Below, piece by piece: positions 10,196-20,579 of a stretch of DNA of 64,000 bases; the stretch's first letter is position 1, and each line of letters begins with the position of its first letter. The DNA comes from an uncultured Gemmatimonadaceae bacterium. Its GTDB lineage: Bacteria > Gemmatimonadota > Gemmatimonadetes > Gemmatimonadales > Gemmatimonadaceae. The translations under genes and the position numbers were made by a program. The DNA is taken from assembly GCA_963740355.1 (NCBI GenBank), contig CAVUDW010000003.1, forward strand, positions 960,001 to 1,024,000, given 5' to 3'. The notes beneath the pieces were generated by a model. It worked only from the letters and a program-made list of their open reading frames with translations, was not told where the DNA came from and did not search any database.

Positions 10196-10736
10196 TGGCC
10201 GCGAGTTGTTCGGCGACTTCTCGAATCTGCGCTGCATGCCGCAGCTCGTGACCGGCTGTGGCGTGCAACCACTCATACACGTTCAGCGGGCCGAGCACCG
10301 GATGGAGGTGTTGCACCGTGGAAAAGGCCAAACCGTCCACTTCCCCGAGCTGGGCCAGCAATCGCAGGCGAGATTCAGTCATGGCCGTCAGGACCGCGGT
10401 CGCTGACAATTCACCGCCCGGCACGACCCTCTCGGGGGCGGGAATGAACTGCGTCCGGTCGGCCAGCACCACGAACCGGGACTCATCGATCGGGACCATC
10501 TCCGGCGCTTCCATCACAGCCTCGCCCGACGCCCGCAACTCCGCGGCCTTGAGCGAGACCAGCTTGTTCACGCCCTTCTCGATGATCATGAGATGCTCGA
10601 GGATTTCGGCCACCGACCAGGCTTCCTCCGTTGGCCGTGCCTCGCGCAGCGGTTCCGGCACGCTCGCGACAGTTGCCAGCAACTCGGCGCGCGACGACAC
10701 CAGGTAGTTGATCACAGTCGCAAGTCGAGGATGCAC
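10185..10736 (-). CDS. DinB family protein
   Basis: WSVAEILEHL, HPVLGPLN, HELRHAAQI; AGGAG RBS before GTG 10736. Confidence 0.85.
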   Translation of the reverse strand: MHPRLATVINYLVSSRAELLATVASVPEPLREARPTEEAWSVAEILEHLMIIEKGVNKLVSLKAAELRASGEAVMEAPEMVPIDESRFVVLADRTQFIPAPERVVPGGELSATAVLTAMTESRLRLLAQLGEVDGLAFSTVQHLHPVLGPLNVYEWLHATAGHELRHAAQIREVAEQLAANDQ

Positions 10737-10824
10737 CTGAGCTCCTGCCGGCAATGCCGGGCCGTTCGGTGAAAATGCATCGACCGCGACGCTCGCAGGT
10801 CCACGCCCCGATAAAGTTAGCGTC

Positions 10825-13378
10825 GTGACCGCGACCAACGATCCCACCCTCCCCGCCGGAATCGGCGCGCTCCCCGTACTCGCGGTCCTGCCAGAGGTCA
10901 GAGCCGCCCTCGCCAGCGGCACTGCCGCCGTGCTGGTCGCACCGCCCGGTGCCGGCAAGACGACCGGCATCCCACTCGCGCTACTCGACGCCCCGTGGAT
11001 GCGCGGGCAACGCATGCTGCTATTGGAACCCCGCAGACTGGCCGCACGTGCCGCCGCCAGTCGCATGGCGTCGGTGCTCGGCTCGCGAGTCGGCGAGAGT
11101 CGTGGGGTGGCGTATGCGTGGCGATACGAGGGTCAGTGGTGCCACGCGCATCGAGGTGGTGACCGAGGGCGTCCTGACGCGCATGCTGCTCGATGATCCG
11201 ACGCTCGACGGCATCGCCGGAGTCTGCTTCGACGAGTTCCATGAGCGCTCGATCCACGGCGACACCGGGCTCGCGCTTGCGCTTCACACGCAGGCGCTGC
11301 TGCGCCCTGAACTGCGGCTGCTGGTCATGTCGGCCACCATCGACGGTGCACGCGTCGCCACCCTCCTCGGTGATGTACCAGTGATCACCAGCAGCGGCCG
11401 CGCATTCCCGGTCAACACCACCTTTCGGCCACCCCGCGACGGCCAGCGAATGGAAGAGGCCACGGTCAGTGCTGTGCGCGAGGCTCTCGCCGAGCACGAC
11501 GGCGACGTCCTGGTCTTTCTTCCCGGTGCACGCGAGATCCGGCGGGCTGCCTCGCTGCTCGAAGGCACGGTCGCGGCCAACGTCGATGTCTGGCCGCTGT
11601 TCGGCATGCTCGACGCACGATCGCAGGACGCGGCGATTGCGCCATCGCCGACGGGGAGGCGCAAGGTCGTGATTGCCAGTGCCATAGCCGAAACCTCGCT
11701 CACCATCGAAGGTGTGCGTGTGGTGGTGGACAGCGGATGGTCGCGCATTCCCCGCTACTCGGCGCGTACCGGCATGACGCGCCTCGAAACCGTGCGGGTG
11801 TCGCGGGCCAGCGCTGACCAGCGACGCGGACGTGCCGGGCGAGTCGCCGCGGGACACTGCATTCGATGCTGGCACGAGTTCGACGATGCAGCGCTGCGCG
11901 CACACGGCTCGGCCGAGATTCTGGACGCGGATCTGGCGCCGCTGGCGCTCGACCTGGCTGGTGCCGGCGTCACGCGCGCGGACGAACTGGCATGGCTCGA
12001 CACCCCACCAGCGGCCGCCTTCGCGACAGCTCGCCTCTTGCTGGCGACGCTCGGCGCACTGGACGCAGAGGGTCGCTTGACACCACATGGCGAACGCATG
12101 TCCCGGCTCGGCGTGCATCCACGCATGGCGCACCTGCTGCTGCTGGCGAAGTCGCGAGGCACGTTGGCACTCGCGTGCGATGTCGTCGCCGTGCTCGAGG
12201 AACGCGATCCGATTCGCGCCACCGATGCGCGACTGATCGACCCGGATCTCGGCCTGCGGATCGATGCGCTGCGCCGCGGACGTCGTGCACTGCCGGCCGG
12301 CCTCACGATCGACGACGCCGCCCTCGCCAGGTGTCGCGAGACCGCGCGCGCGCTCCGCGACCGCATGGATGTGCGACACTCCGACGAACACTCTGATGAC
12401 GATGCGCGTGAGCTCGGCGCACTGGTCTCGCTTGCCTATCCCGATCGCATCGCCCGCCGACGCGATGGTGCGGGCGCCAGGTACCTGCTGCGTAGCGGCA
12501 GCGGTGCGTTCATGCGCGATCAGGGATCGGCGCTGGCACGCGAAGAGTGGATCGCCTGCGCCGCGCTCGACGATGCGGGCCGCGACGCCACCGTGCAACT
12601 CGCGGCGCCTATCGACCTCGCCACCGTGCGATCGATGTACGGGGAGCAGATCGTTCGCGTTCGCGAGGTCATCGCCGACCCAACCACAGGCCGTGTGCGT
12701 GGGACGGTCACCGAGTCGCTCGGCGCGATCACGCTGGTGGAACGAACGGCAGAGGATCTGACTGACGCTGAACGCGCCGCCGCGCTGCAGTCGCTGGTTC
12801 GGGAACAGTGGCCCGACGTGATGCCATGGAGCGACAGTGCGACCAGGCTGCGCCAGCGTCTCGCCTTCCTGCATCATCAGGATCCACGGTGGCCGGACGT
12901 GAGCGACGACGCCCTGCTCGAATCGCTCGACGACTGGTTGGCGCCGTCGCTCGGCGGGTGTCGCTCGCTGGACGAATTACGACGCGTCGATCTCGGGTCG
13001 CTGCTGCTCGATCGCGTCGACTGGGCATTACGTGCGACGGTCGACCGCATCGCACCCACGCATGTCACGGTGCCAAGCGGCTCGCGCATCCCGGTCGACT
13101 ATTCCGATCCCGCTGCACCCATCCTCGCGGTTCGGCTGCAGGAGTTGTTTGGCGCGCGAGAAACACCGAGCGTGTTCGATGGCAAGGTGCCGCTCGTGAT
13201 CCACCTGCTATCGCCGGCCCATCGGCCGGTGCAGGTGACGCGCGACCTGCCCGGATTCTGGCGCAGCAGTTATGCCGACGTTCGGAAGGATTTGCGCGGT
13301 CGGTATCCGCGTCACTCGTGGCCCGAGGACCCCACCACGGCGACACCGACGCATCGCGCAAAACCGCGCGGCACGTAG
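10825..13378 (+). pseudogene. hrpB: ATP-dependent helicase HrpB with a +1 frameshift near 11098 (true pseudogene or sequence error)
   Basis: Frame 1 carries GAGKTT and LEPRRLAARAAA. Frame 2 continues VVGWRMRGD, DEFHERS, MSAT, QRRGRAGR and the HrpB tail LRGRYPRHSWPEDP. Confidence 0.85.
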
Positions 13379-13392
13379 CCCTTACATAGCCC

Positions 13393-13836
13393 TTACGTAG
13401 TCGGCGGCGTGTCGGTCCAGCCCGCGGCTCGATGGCTGTTGTCGCAGAACGGCTTGTTCTTCGACTGGCCACAGCGGCAGAGTGCAACGCGCGTGTCGTG
13501 CAGCAGTGGCGCGTCGTTGCCATCGACGATCACCACGTCGCCATGCAGGATGATCGGACCATTGCGCATCAGGCGCAGGCTCAACGCGGCATCGGGCGAA
13601 ACCGTCTCGGCCATCACCCCATCGCGATGCGTGGCGTGCAACGCTCCGGACGGGCATCCCGCCACGATCTCCAAGACCCTGGCCGCGTCACCGTTGTCGG
13701 GTTGCACCCACGGGCGCGCCGCAGTGTTGAACACATCCGGCAGGTGGCGCACACAATGCCCGCTGTGAAAGCACCGGGTCGCATCGTACGTGACGGACAC
13801 CGTGGCACCGTCATAGACGTGCAGCTTGCGACTCAC
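13393..13836 (-). CDS. Divergent 4Fe-4S plus CDGSH iron-sulfur domain protein
   Basis: CFHSGHCV...CPSGAL and LCRCGQSKNKPFCDNSH. Confidence 0.9.
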   Translation of the reverse strand: MSRKLHVYDGATVSVTYDATRCFHSGHCVRHLPDVFNTAARPWVQPDNGDAARVLEIVAGCPSGALHATHRDGVMAETVSPDAALSLRLMRNGPIILHGDVVIVDGNDAPLLHDTRVALCRCGQSKNKPFCDNSHRAAGWTDTPPTT

Positions 13837-14468
13837 TTTCCCGTCAGCAGGAGCTGCGTGCGCACGTAGCGCAGAATCCGCCGCTCGAGCTCTCCCTTCG
13901 TGCTGCAGCTGATGTCGTTGTTGCCGAAGTTCGGTGACCGTCCAAGCGCGGAGACCGTGGTGGTGACGTCCGATGAATTCGGGCTCGCCCCCGCTTCCAC
14001 GACAGTCTCGATCGTCAGCTTGATCTCGTACGATTCGGCCTTCTCGCCATTCAGGTCGCTGCCGCAGTCGACGATGCTCCGCATCTGCAGGCCATTGATC
14101 TGTCGCCGCGCCTTGATCTGGTCGTTGCCGAGCCGAAAGTGCGCGTCATCCTTGACGCTGAGCGGCAGTCCGAGGGATTCGTAGGCGCCCGGCAGCTGCG
14201 ACCAGACGGCCTCGCGTGATGCAGCCAGCGTCGTCTTCTGGCCAGTGCTGCCGACCATCATCGTCATGCTCGACATGCCGGGGGTACCCGCCGTCCCCTG
14301 GCCCGAGACCGTGACCGGCAGCGGCGCAGTCCCAGTGCCGCCGCCAGTGGAACCGCACGCCGCCAGCAGGCAGACACTCGCGACGCCGATTGCCGACGAC
14401 ATTGCCCTGTGCACACCGAGACCAGCAGACGACGACAGGTTCGAGCGCGCGTGCAAGGCCATGTGCAA
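13833..14468 (-). CDS. Hypothetical lipoprotein (start uncertain)
   Basis: Lipobox LAAC; 4-bp overlap with the downstream gene. Confidence 0.7.
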   Translation of the reverse strand: MHMALHARSNLSSSAGLGVHRAMSSAIGVASVCLLAACGSTGGGTGTAPLPVTVSGQGTAGTPGMSSMTMMVGSTGQKTTLAASREAVWSQLPGAYESLGLPLSVKDDAHFRLGNDQIKARRQINGLQMRSIVDCGSDLNGEKAESYEIKLTIETVVEAGASPNSSDVTTTVSALGRSPNFGNNDISCSTKGELERRILRYVRTQLLLTGK

Positions 14469-14503
14469 GTCCGGAATGAGGAACGGGACAGTGTCGAGCT
14501 GAA

Positions 14504-14923
14504 TCAGGCGGAGGTGGCAACGCGGCGCGATCGCGCGTCGTGTTTACGGCGCAGCGAGCGTTCCCAGGCCAACGCGCCGACGTAGGCCGCTGCCGGCAAC
14601 AGGCACCACGACGCGACGTAGTACCACGACGGTGCCGCGGCCCAGCGAACTGCGCCGACGAACACCGCGATCGCCAGCGCGATGGTCGCCATCAGGAGCG
14701 CCTGGCCGGGCCGATGATCGGTCACCAGGCGGGCCGTGATCCAGCCAGCGAACATCGCGAACACCGCAGTGATCACCAGCATCAGGATCAGCGCCATCGT
14801 GTTCGTCGTGTAGCCAAGCCCATCGAACGCTCCTGGGTAGGCAAGCGGCGGAACGGCGGCAGCACCGTAGAGTCCGAGGCCCATGAACAGCAGACCAAGT
14901 GCGTGAGCGCTCAAGTTGCGCAT
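14504..14923 (-). CDS. Hypothetical membrane protein (about 4 TM)
   Basis: Hydrophobic segments; GGGAG RBS. Confidence 0.75.
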   Translation of the reverse strand: MRNLSAHALGLLFMGLGLYGAAAVPPLAYPGAFDGLGYTTNTMALILMLVITAVFAMFAGWITARLVTDHRPGQALLMATIALAIAVFVGAVRWAAAPSWYYVASWCLLPAAAYVGALAWERSLRRKHDARSRRVATSA

Positions 14924-15020
14924 CTGTTTCTCCCGATGAAGCTCATGCGCGAAGCATACCTACCCGGCCCAGCCCGGCAAGATGGCGCGCGGAGGGTGAC
15001 GTCACGCGCTCGCCGCGCGC

Positions 15021-15338
15021 TTACCTCGCGCGAACGAACCAAGCGCGAGGGCCACCGAATGTGACCGTGAGCACATCCGCGTCGCCAAGGGAAATGCCGG
15101 CCTGCACCGGGTTCGTTCCATCCTCGTGCGACGTAAACAGGACACCGTCTTCCACGCGCCACCGAAGGGTGACCTGGAGTACTCCCTCACCCGTCGGGAT
15201 GGCGTAATCGAGGGAATGGTCGGCCCTGAACGTCATGCGGGTGCCCGGCTCGAATTCGAGCGGGGCTTCGTTTCGAAGGAGCTGCCACGTACCAACAATC
15301 CAGTCGGTCGAATGCGCCGGGGTGGTGCGTTCCGTCAT
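15021..15338 (-). CDS. Hypothetical lipocalin-like beta protein
   Basis: IVGTWQL...MTFRAD pattern; ATGA coupling to the upstream gene. Confidence 0.65.
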   Translation of the reverse strand: MTERTTPAHSTDWIVGTWQLLRNEAPLEFEPGTRMTFRADHSLDYAIPTGEGVLQVTLRWRVEDGVLFTSHEDGTNPVQAGISLGDADVLTVTFGGPRAWFVRAR

Positions 15339-16015
15339 TGCCCGCGCAACGGGGCCACGGCCGCCATCCAACGACCACCTTCCACGACATCGGCAGCCAC
15401 CTGCGCCACCTGAGCCGGGTCGAGCGAACTGCGCGCCAGACGCGTTGCCACGCCCACCAGATCGAGCGGCTGCTCGGTCACGAGCAACACCACGTGGGTG
15501 GAGGTGACCGGCCCCCCACCCGAGCTCACACTGCGCGACGACAGCCGGAACTCAGCGCGCGTCGAATCGCCGCCCAGTGAACCTTTGTCGATCGGACGCG
15601 GATCGAATACTGAAAGCTGCAGCGGCGGTGCCGTACGCACGCGACCGGACGCCGGCGGCCCATCCGAACGACGAACCGGAATCAGCTGCGCCAGCATCAT
15701 GGGGCTCGCCAGCCGATCGAGTGGATACCGATGCAATCCCTTCTCGGCGAAGCGACTCTGCAGCTCCCCGCGCCGGAATCGGACGGTGGCACCGCGATCT
15801 GGATCGACGAGGATGACGGTGACGTATCCAGGCGCTTCGAGCATCACACGCAGATCGCGACCGGCCGGTGTGTATTCCACCGCCTCGATGATCGGGATGC
15901 CGACTTCCTCGTAGCCCGTCGCATCATTCTCCTTGATGCGCAGCGGCAAGCGGTAACACGCGGCGAGACCCGCGAGCATCAGGACGGCCATGGCAACGTG
16001 CGACAGGCGACGCAT
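15335..16015 (-). CDS. Hypothetical lipoprotein
   Basis: Lipobox LAAC after a hydrophobic signal. Confidence 0.7.
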   Translation of the reverse strand: MRRLSHVAMAVLMLAGLAACYRLPLRIKENDATGYEEVGIPIIEAVEYTPAGRDLRVMLEAPGYVTVILVDPDRGATVRFRRGELQSRFAEKGLHRYPLDRLASPMMLAQLIPVRRSDGPPASGRVRTAPPLQLSVFDPRPIDKGSLGGDSTRAEFRLSSRSVSSGGGPVTSTHVVLLVTEQPLDLVGVATRLARSSLDPAQVAQVAADVVEGGRWMAAVAPLRGQ

Positions 16016-16096
16016 GCCTTCACGTTATGGCAGGGACCAAAAAAGCAACACATGTGTCGTTGTGTGTCGGTGTCGATCGGCGCGTGCATGTGGCGG

Positions 16097-16618
16097 CTAC
16101 GGCCGTTCAGTCCGCTCGCCCCGGGCACCCATCGGCATCGCAATCGGCGCCGAGACCTCGCCGTTCGGATCCATCGGCTCATCGTAGGCGCTGTACGCCA
16201 GCTTGCCCAACGCCGAGCGACGCGAGCGCTGCCGACGCCTGTTCCGCGCCACCAGCCCGGCCACCACAGCCACGATGCCACCGATGATGGCCGCCATCAT
16301 CACCGACGTCCCCAGCAGGAGTGGCTCGGCCTCATCCGGCATGCGGAACTCCCCGTCCATGACGTAGGACCCGATCATCCACGACACGCAGTTTGCCGAG
16401 CCCGCCAGCAGCGCTCCCACCACAGCGCCCCAGACCAGCGGCAGCCGCTTCACCGTGTCGTACCCGGCGAACGCGACGAGCGCAAAACTCACCGGCACCC
16501 AGAACAGTCGATTGATGCCGTAGTCCCGCGCCAGCCAGAACGCGATCAGTTCGACCAGCAGCATGACCAGCAGGACGCCGGTGATGCGGGCGGCGAATCG
16601 CACGAACCATGGCATCAT
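16097..16618 (-). CDS. Hypothetical membrane protein (4 TM)
   Basis: Four hydrophobic helices and a basic tail. Confidence 0.75.
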   Translation of the reverse strand: MMPWFVRFAARITGVLLVMLLVELIAFWLARDYGINRLFWVPVSFALVAFAGYDTVKRLPLVWGAVVGALLAGSANCVSWMIGSYVMDGEFRMPDEAEPLLLGTSVMMAAIIGGIVAVVAGLVARNRRRQRSRRSALGKLAYSAYDEPMDPNGEVSAPIAMPMGARGERTERP

Positions 16619-16860
16619 GACCGACGCGACCTGCTGGCCGCGCGGTGCCGCGGCACGCGCAGTGTGGCCGAACGGAGGACGCGCACGATCGATCGCATGG
16701 GTCTGGCCGTCGGGTGGGTCGGTGGCGCGGGACGGGCGGGTGCGCGCCGGAATGCAAAGTATACGCGGTCAGGAGCACGTTCATGCGATCCGTTGAGCCG
16801 ATCCGCTCGCGCGATCCGTTCCTGGCGCCAGGGTCGTCGCGTGCATGGGGTCCGTTCAAG

Positions 16861-16968
16861 GCGTCAGAGTCCTTGAACGTTCATGGGGTCAGAGTCCTTG
16901 AACGTTCATGGGGTCAGAGTCCTTGAACGTTCATGGGGGCAGAGTCCTCGAACGTTCATGGGGACAGC
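16861..16968 (+). repeat. 25-bp tandem repeat (about 4.3 copies) of GGGGTCAGAGTCCTTGAACGTTCAT
   Basis: Units recur at 16864, 16889, 16914, 16939 and 16964 (partial), with an internal palindrome TGAACGTTCA. Confidence 0.95.
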
Positions 16969-16972
16969 GTCG

Positions 16973-17695
16973 CTACCGAGGCAGCGTCGACGGGAACGAG
17001 ATCGACACCGGCGCACCGTCGCAGACGAAGGCAGACCTTGGCGGCGCCGTGAGTGCGTCCGACCATTCGGCACCGTAGACGCGGGCGACATCACACCGAA
17101 AGTCCGCCCGCTCGGCATTCCAGAAATTCCACCGGTCATGTGCCACGCGGTACTCGACCGTACTCCCGTTTCGCTGCGGCGTGTAGCCGAGATAGTGCTC
17201 GGTGATGAATCCGACCTCGCTGTCCGGATCGATCGGGTGCGGTGCCCCGGTGCACGTTGCCGCCACATGGTGCCACGCGCCGCCCTGCCGCCATTCGTAT
17301 CGGAGCGAGCCACCCGCTGCCGGATCGACGTCGAGCGCATGCCGCATCCGCACCGCGCGGTATGGTTCGTTGTAAGCGAGTCGAGCCGTCCATGCGATCG
17401 CCGGCCGTGGCACGAGTTCGCGCATGAACATCACACCGCGCTGCCACACGCCATCGACCTTCCGTCGAACGTAGCCCCTGAGGTTGACCTCGTCGAAATC
17501 ACGATGGAACGGCACCGGGACACCCAGCAGGCGCGTGTCGAGAAAACGAAATCCGACCATGCTCACCACTGCGCGCCCGTCGAGCAGATCGAGCTCCGTC
17601 CCCGCCGGCACGTACGGTGCCACCACGCGCCGATCCACCTCGTAGTTCAGGAACACGAGATGCTGCCAGTACGCGGTCAGAAAGGGTCGTTCCAT
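16973..17695 (-). CDS. DUF2071 / YqjF family protein
   Basis: FLTAYWQHLVFLNYEVD, FDEVNLRGYV, FITEHYLGY. Confidence 0.9.
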   Translation of the reverse strand: MERPFLTAYWQHLVFLNYEVDRRVVAPYVPAGTELDLLDGRAVVSMVGFRFLDTRLLGVPVPFHRDFDEVNLRGYVRRKVDGVWQRGVMFMRELVPRPAIAWTARLAYNEPYRAVRMRHALDVDPAAGGSLRYEWRQGGAWHHVAATCTGAPHPIDPDSEVGFITEHYLGYTPQRNGSTVEYRVAHDRWNFWNAERADFRCDVARVYGAEWSDALTAPPRSAFVCDGAPVSISFPSTLPR

Positions 17696-17854
17696 GGATC
17701 TCCGGATGAAAACACGACCAGCACGAACACACACGAACGCCACATCCCATCGTCGGTACGCCGCCGAGGAACGGTAAGCACAGCCGATCATGCCGGAGCG
17801 CTGCTACGCCTACGCGACGCTGTCGTGCGCGGTTCCCGGTCCGAACTTCCATGC

Positions 17855-17886
17855 AACAAAAAGCCCCGCAACATGCTGCGGGGCTT
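17855..17886 (-). terminator. Intrinsic terminator after the MBL-fold gene
   Basis: Hairpin AAGCCCCGCA-N6-TGCGGGGCTT followed by a U-rich run on the minus strand. Confidence 0.75.
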
Positions 17887-17908
17887 CTCATGTCGAGCCG
17901 AACGATCG

Positions 17909-18664
17909 TCAGTTCGCCGGGTTCATGCTCGGTTCGCGCTGCAGGCGACGTTCGCGGATCCGTGCTGGATCAGGTCCGGTCGGCATCGACGCGGCGTGGG
18001 CAATGATGGCGCTGCGCACCTCGTCCATCTGCAGCACTTCACCGGTGCCCGGATGCAGGCGCTGTACGCCGAGCCGGTTGAGCAACGCAAGGCTGCGAAC
18101 CACGCGCTGCGGCACCTCGGCGAAGTAGTGATTCGCGGGTCGAGTCGGCCAGAGCCGACCACCGAAGAAGCCGCCCATCAGCAGATCACCGATGATCGCG
18201 TCGCCGGTTGGCAGCACGACGCTGGCGGACCCAATGGTGTGACCGGGCGTGTGCACCACCGTACCGGGGCACCCGAAGGACTCGAGCGACATCGTGTGCC
18301 CGAACACGACATCCGGCGTCGGTGCTTCGAAGCGCGTATCACCGAAGAAGCGCATCAATGCGCTGATCGGCTTCATGAAGCTGACATGCCGATCCACGCC
18401 ACTGGCGAGCACCGGCGCGTCGGCGCCGTGCACCGCGACAGGCACATGGAAGACGCGCTGCAGATAGGCCGCATTGCCGACGGCAGTCGCATGCGCATGC
18501 GTGACGAGAACGAGCGAGAGATCCTCGCCGCCAAGTCCGATGCTCGCCAGCCCGTCGAGCAATGCAGTCCGCGATCGTTCTGGTCCCGTGTCAACCAGAA
18601 CGTGGTGATCACCACTGATCACGTACGCGTTCGTTCCATCCAACGGCAGTCGGTGTACACGCAT
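17909..18664 (-). CDS. Metallo-beta-lactamase fold protein with degenerate metal ligands
   Basis: LVDTG, THAHATAVGN (canonical HxHxDH), HTPGHT, IIGD, HPGTG (canonical PGHG). Confidence 0.85.
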   Translation of the reverse strand: MRVHRLPLDGTNAYVISGDHHVLVDTGPERSRTALLDGLASIGLGGEDLSLVLVTHAHATAVGNAAYLQRVFHVPVAVHGADAPVLASGVDRHVSFMKPISALMRFFGDTRFEAPTPDVVFGHTMSLESFGCPGTVVHTPGHTIGSASVVLPTGDAIIGDLLMGGFFGGRLWPTRPANHYFAEVPQRVVRSLALLNRLGVQRLHPGTGEVLQMDEVRSAIIAHAASMPTGPDPARIRERRLQREPSMNPAN

Positions 18665-19229
18665 TCGCGCCTCCGCGTCGAGCCATCATCGGCCTGTTCG
18701 ACTTCCCTGCTTGCCCCTACAGTACCCACCGTACACCCGCAACACCAGTTTTTCTCTTATTAGCGTCAATTCATCTTTCCCGGCGACCGAGGCATGCTGA
18801 AGAGACCGCCATGTCTCCTGACGCTGCACCGGGTCGTACCTGCCGACTCCAGAGCGGTTCCACGCCCTGGTCAGCCTGACGATCACGTGCCAGCTACCCG
18901 ATAAACGCAGCAGCCGCTGGATGGTGCCGATCCGCGACATTTCGATCAAAAACGTGCAGCCGAGTCCGAACTGGTGCCGTCGGGCTATTCCGGACGTTCG
19001 AACGCGTGCGGTCGTCGTGCGGTCGTCATGCCGTAATCGTGCTGACGTTCGGATCGGAGGGCGCGAACGCCTCCCGAGCGCCGCTCAGGATCGACCGGCG
19101 ATGGAACCCGGGCCTGGAGCAGTTGGAAGAGCCGTACGGAAGAGCAGATGGAACCTCGCTGCTGTGCCGGCCTATCTTTCTCCGGCGCTGCCCAGCTCGC
19201 AGCGTGCAAACCATAGACGATACTCCGCC

Positions 19230-19925
19230 ATGATTCTGCTCACACTCGGCCGCCGTACTGCCCAGCTCGCTGTTCTTCTGCCGTTGTCGGCAGGACTCAT
19301 GCGCGCGCAGCAGACAACTCCTCCTGTCGCAACTGCCGTGCCGACGCCATCTGTAATCCCGGCATCGGCCGCCGACACAAGCGAGGTCATCCTTACGGCG
19401 CGCGGCATCGATACCGTGCGCGTTGAAAAGGACCGCTTGCTCGGCGAGCGACGCGACGCGGAATCGCAGTGGGCCGTCTACCGCGAACAGGGCGAGCGGC
19501 TGAAGGCGCAAGTCGCCGAGCTGAAGGACGCCATCTCGGCCGTCAACGCCAAGGAGAAGCAGGCGAAGAAGGACAAGCGCGACAACGACCGCGTGGTCGC
19601 CATCGCTGAACGCCGCCAGCTCGAACGCTCGCTGGACCTGATCGAGGCGCGTTACTCGCTGCGCATGGCGCAGATCGAACAGGCACGAATGCTCCGTGAC
19701 TTCCTCGACGCCTCCGTCCGCGCCGACGATGCCGAGCTGGCGATCGCCGAGCGACAGTCACAGGTCGTGCCCGGCGACCCGTCACAGCGGACCGTGTTTC
19801 AGGAGCTCACCAGCCGCTGGCTCCAGGCGCTCCGCACCCGCACCGCCCGCGCCTACGACCTCGAAGATCGGAAGTTCAAGGTGGTGGAAGCCCAGATGGA
19901 CCTGCTCAAGCTGCAGCGCGCCTGA
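19230..19925 (+). CDS. Secreted coiled-coil hypothetical protein
   Basis: Signal-like N-terminus and long charged helical stretches; followed by a terminator. Confidence 0.75.
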   Translation: MILLTLGRRTAQLAVLLPLSAGLMRAQQTTPPVATAVPTPSVIPASAADTSEVILTARGIDTVRVEKDRLLGERRDAESQWAVYREQGERLKAQVAELKDAISAVNAKEKQAKKDKRDNDRVVAIAERRQLERSLDLIEARYSLRMAQIEQARMLRDFLDASVRADDAELAIAERQSQVVPGDPSQRTVFQELTSRWLQALRTRTARAYDLEDRKFKVVEAQMDLLKLQRA

Positions 19926-19945
19926 CGACAGGACCGGTTCGACAA

Positions 19946-19986
19946 AATCGCCGCCTGCTCTCGAAGGGCAGGCGGCGATTGTCTTT
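19946..19986. terminator. Probable bidirectional intrinsic terminator
   Basis: Hairpin AATCGCCGCCTGC...GCAGGCGGCGATT between convergent genes. Confidence 0.75.
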
Positions 19987-20000
19987 GTGCCGAACCGATC

Positions 20001-20579
20001 TCAGCGTGTCCGTTGTGCGCTGAGCACCCGCGCCCGCAGGGCGCGCGCCCTCGCGGCGATGCGGGTCACATCGCTCAGCGTATCGAGGGGCACGGCCGCA
20101 TCGTTGACGTTCTTCGAGGTCGCGGACAGTGCACCGGTGCTGTCATACCCAAACGCCAGTCGCGTGCGAATCGGCACCGGGGTGCCTGAGGTCTGCACCC
20201 GATCGAGCGCCACGTAGTGCAGCAGCGTGTCACGGAAGAGATACCGACCGTTCTCCTCGATCCCTGCTGGCCCGCGTCGCGTTTCGTCGAGAACCACCAG
20301 CGTGTCACCGGCAAAGAAGCCGAACCAGATGACGCTCGTGTCGCCGCTGATGAAGCCCGCGCTTTCTCGCCGCAGCGATGGGAGCCGCAGCTTCACCGCC
20401 TCCGCATCCTTCACCAGGTATTGGAGCACCATCCGGTCCTGCGCCGCCGCAGCGATCGCCTTCTTGTGCGCGATGCGCTCGGCGGGGGTCGGCGCGGGCT
20501 TCGCGTCGTCGCGTGCGCACCCCTGCATCGCGGCGCCGCAGAGCAGCAGCGCGAACCAGAGTCGTTCAGGATGTCGCAT
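20001..20579 (-). CDS. Hypothetical lipoprotein
   Basis: Hydrophobic signal ending MQGC; part of an overlapping minus-strand operon. Confidence 0.7.
   Translation of the reverse strand: MRHPERLWFALLLCGAAMQGCARDDAKPAPTPAERIAHKKAIAAAAQDRMVLQYLVKDAEAVKLRLPSLRRESAGFISGDTSVIWFGFFAGDTLVVLDETRRGPAGIEENGRYLFRDTLLHYVALDRVQTSGTPVPIRTRLAFGYDSTGALSATSKNVNDAAVPLDTLSDVTRIAARARALRARVLSAQRTR

Noticed and set aside
10898..12877. 659-aa antisense ORF and similar long shadow ORFs (e.g. 16883-18763, 28555-29955, 51036-52493)
   Set aside because: They lie opposite well-supported genes and carry no recognisable motifs. Such ORFs are expected in high-GC DNA.
16861..16968. Mini-CRISPR or guide-RNA array
   Set aside because: It is a pure head-to-tail tandem repeat with no variable spacers.
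18745..18900. SAM-I riboswitch suggested by TTCTCTTAT
   Set aside because: The downstream conserved elements (GAGGGA, GCAACC, GTGC) are not in the required arrangement, and the gene context does not fit.
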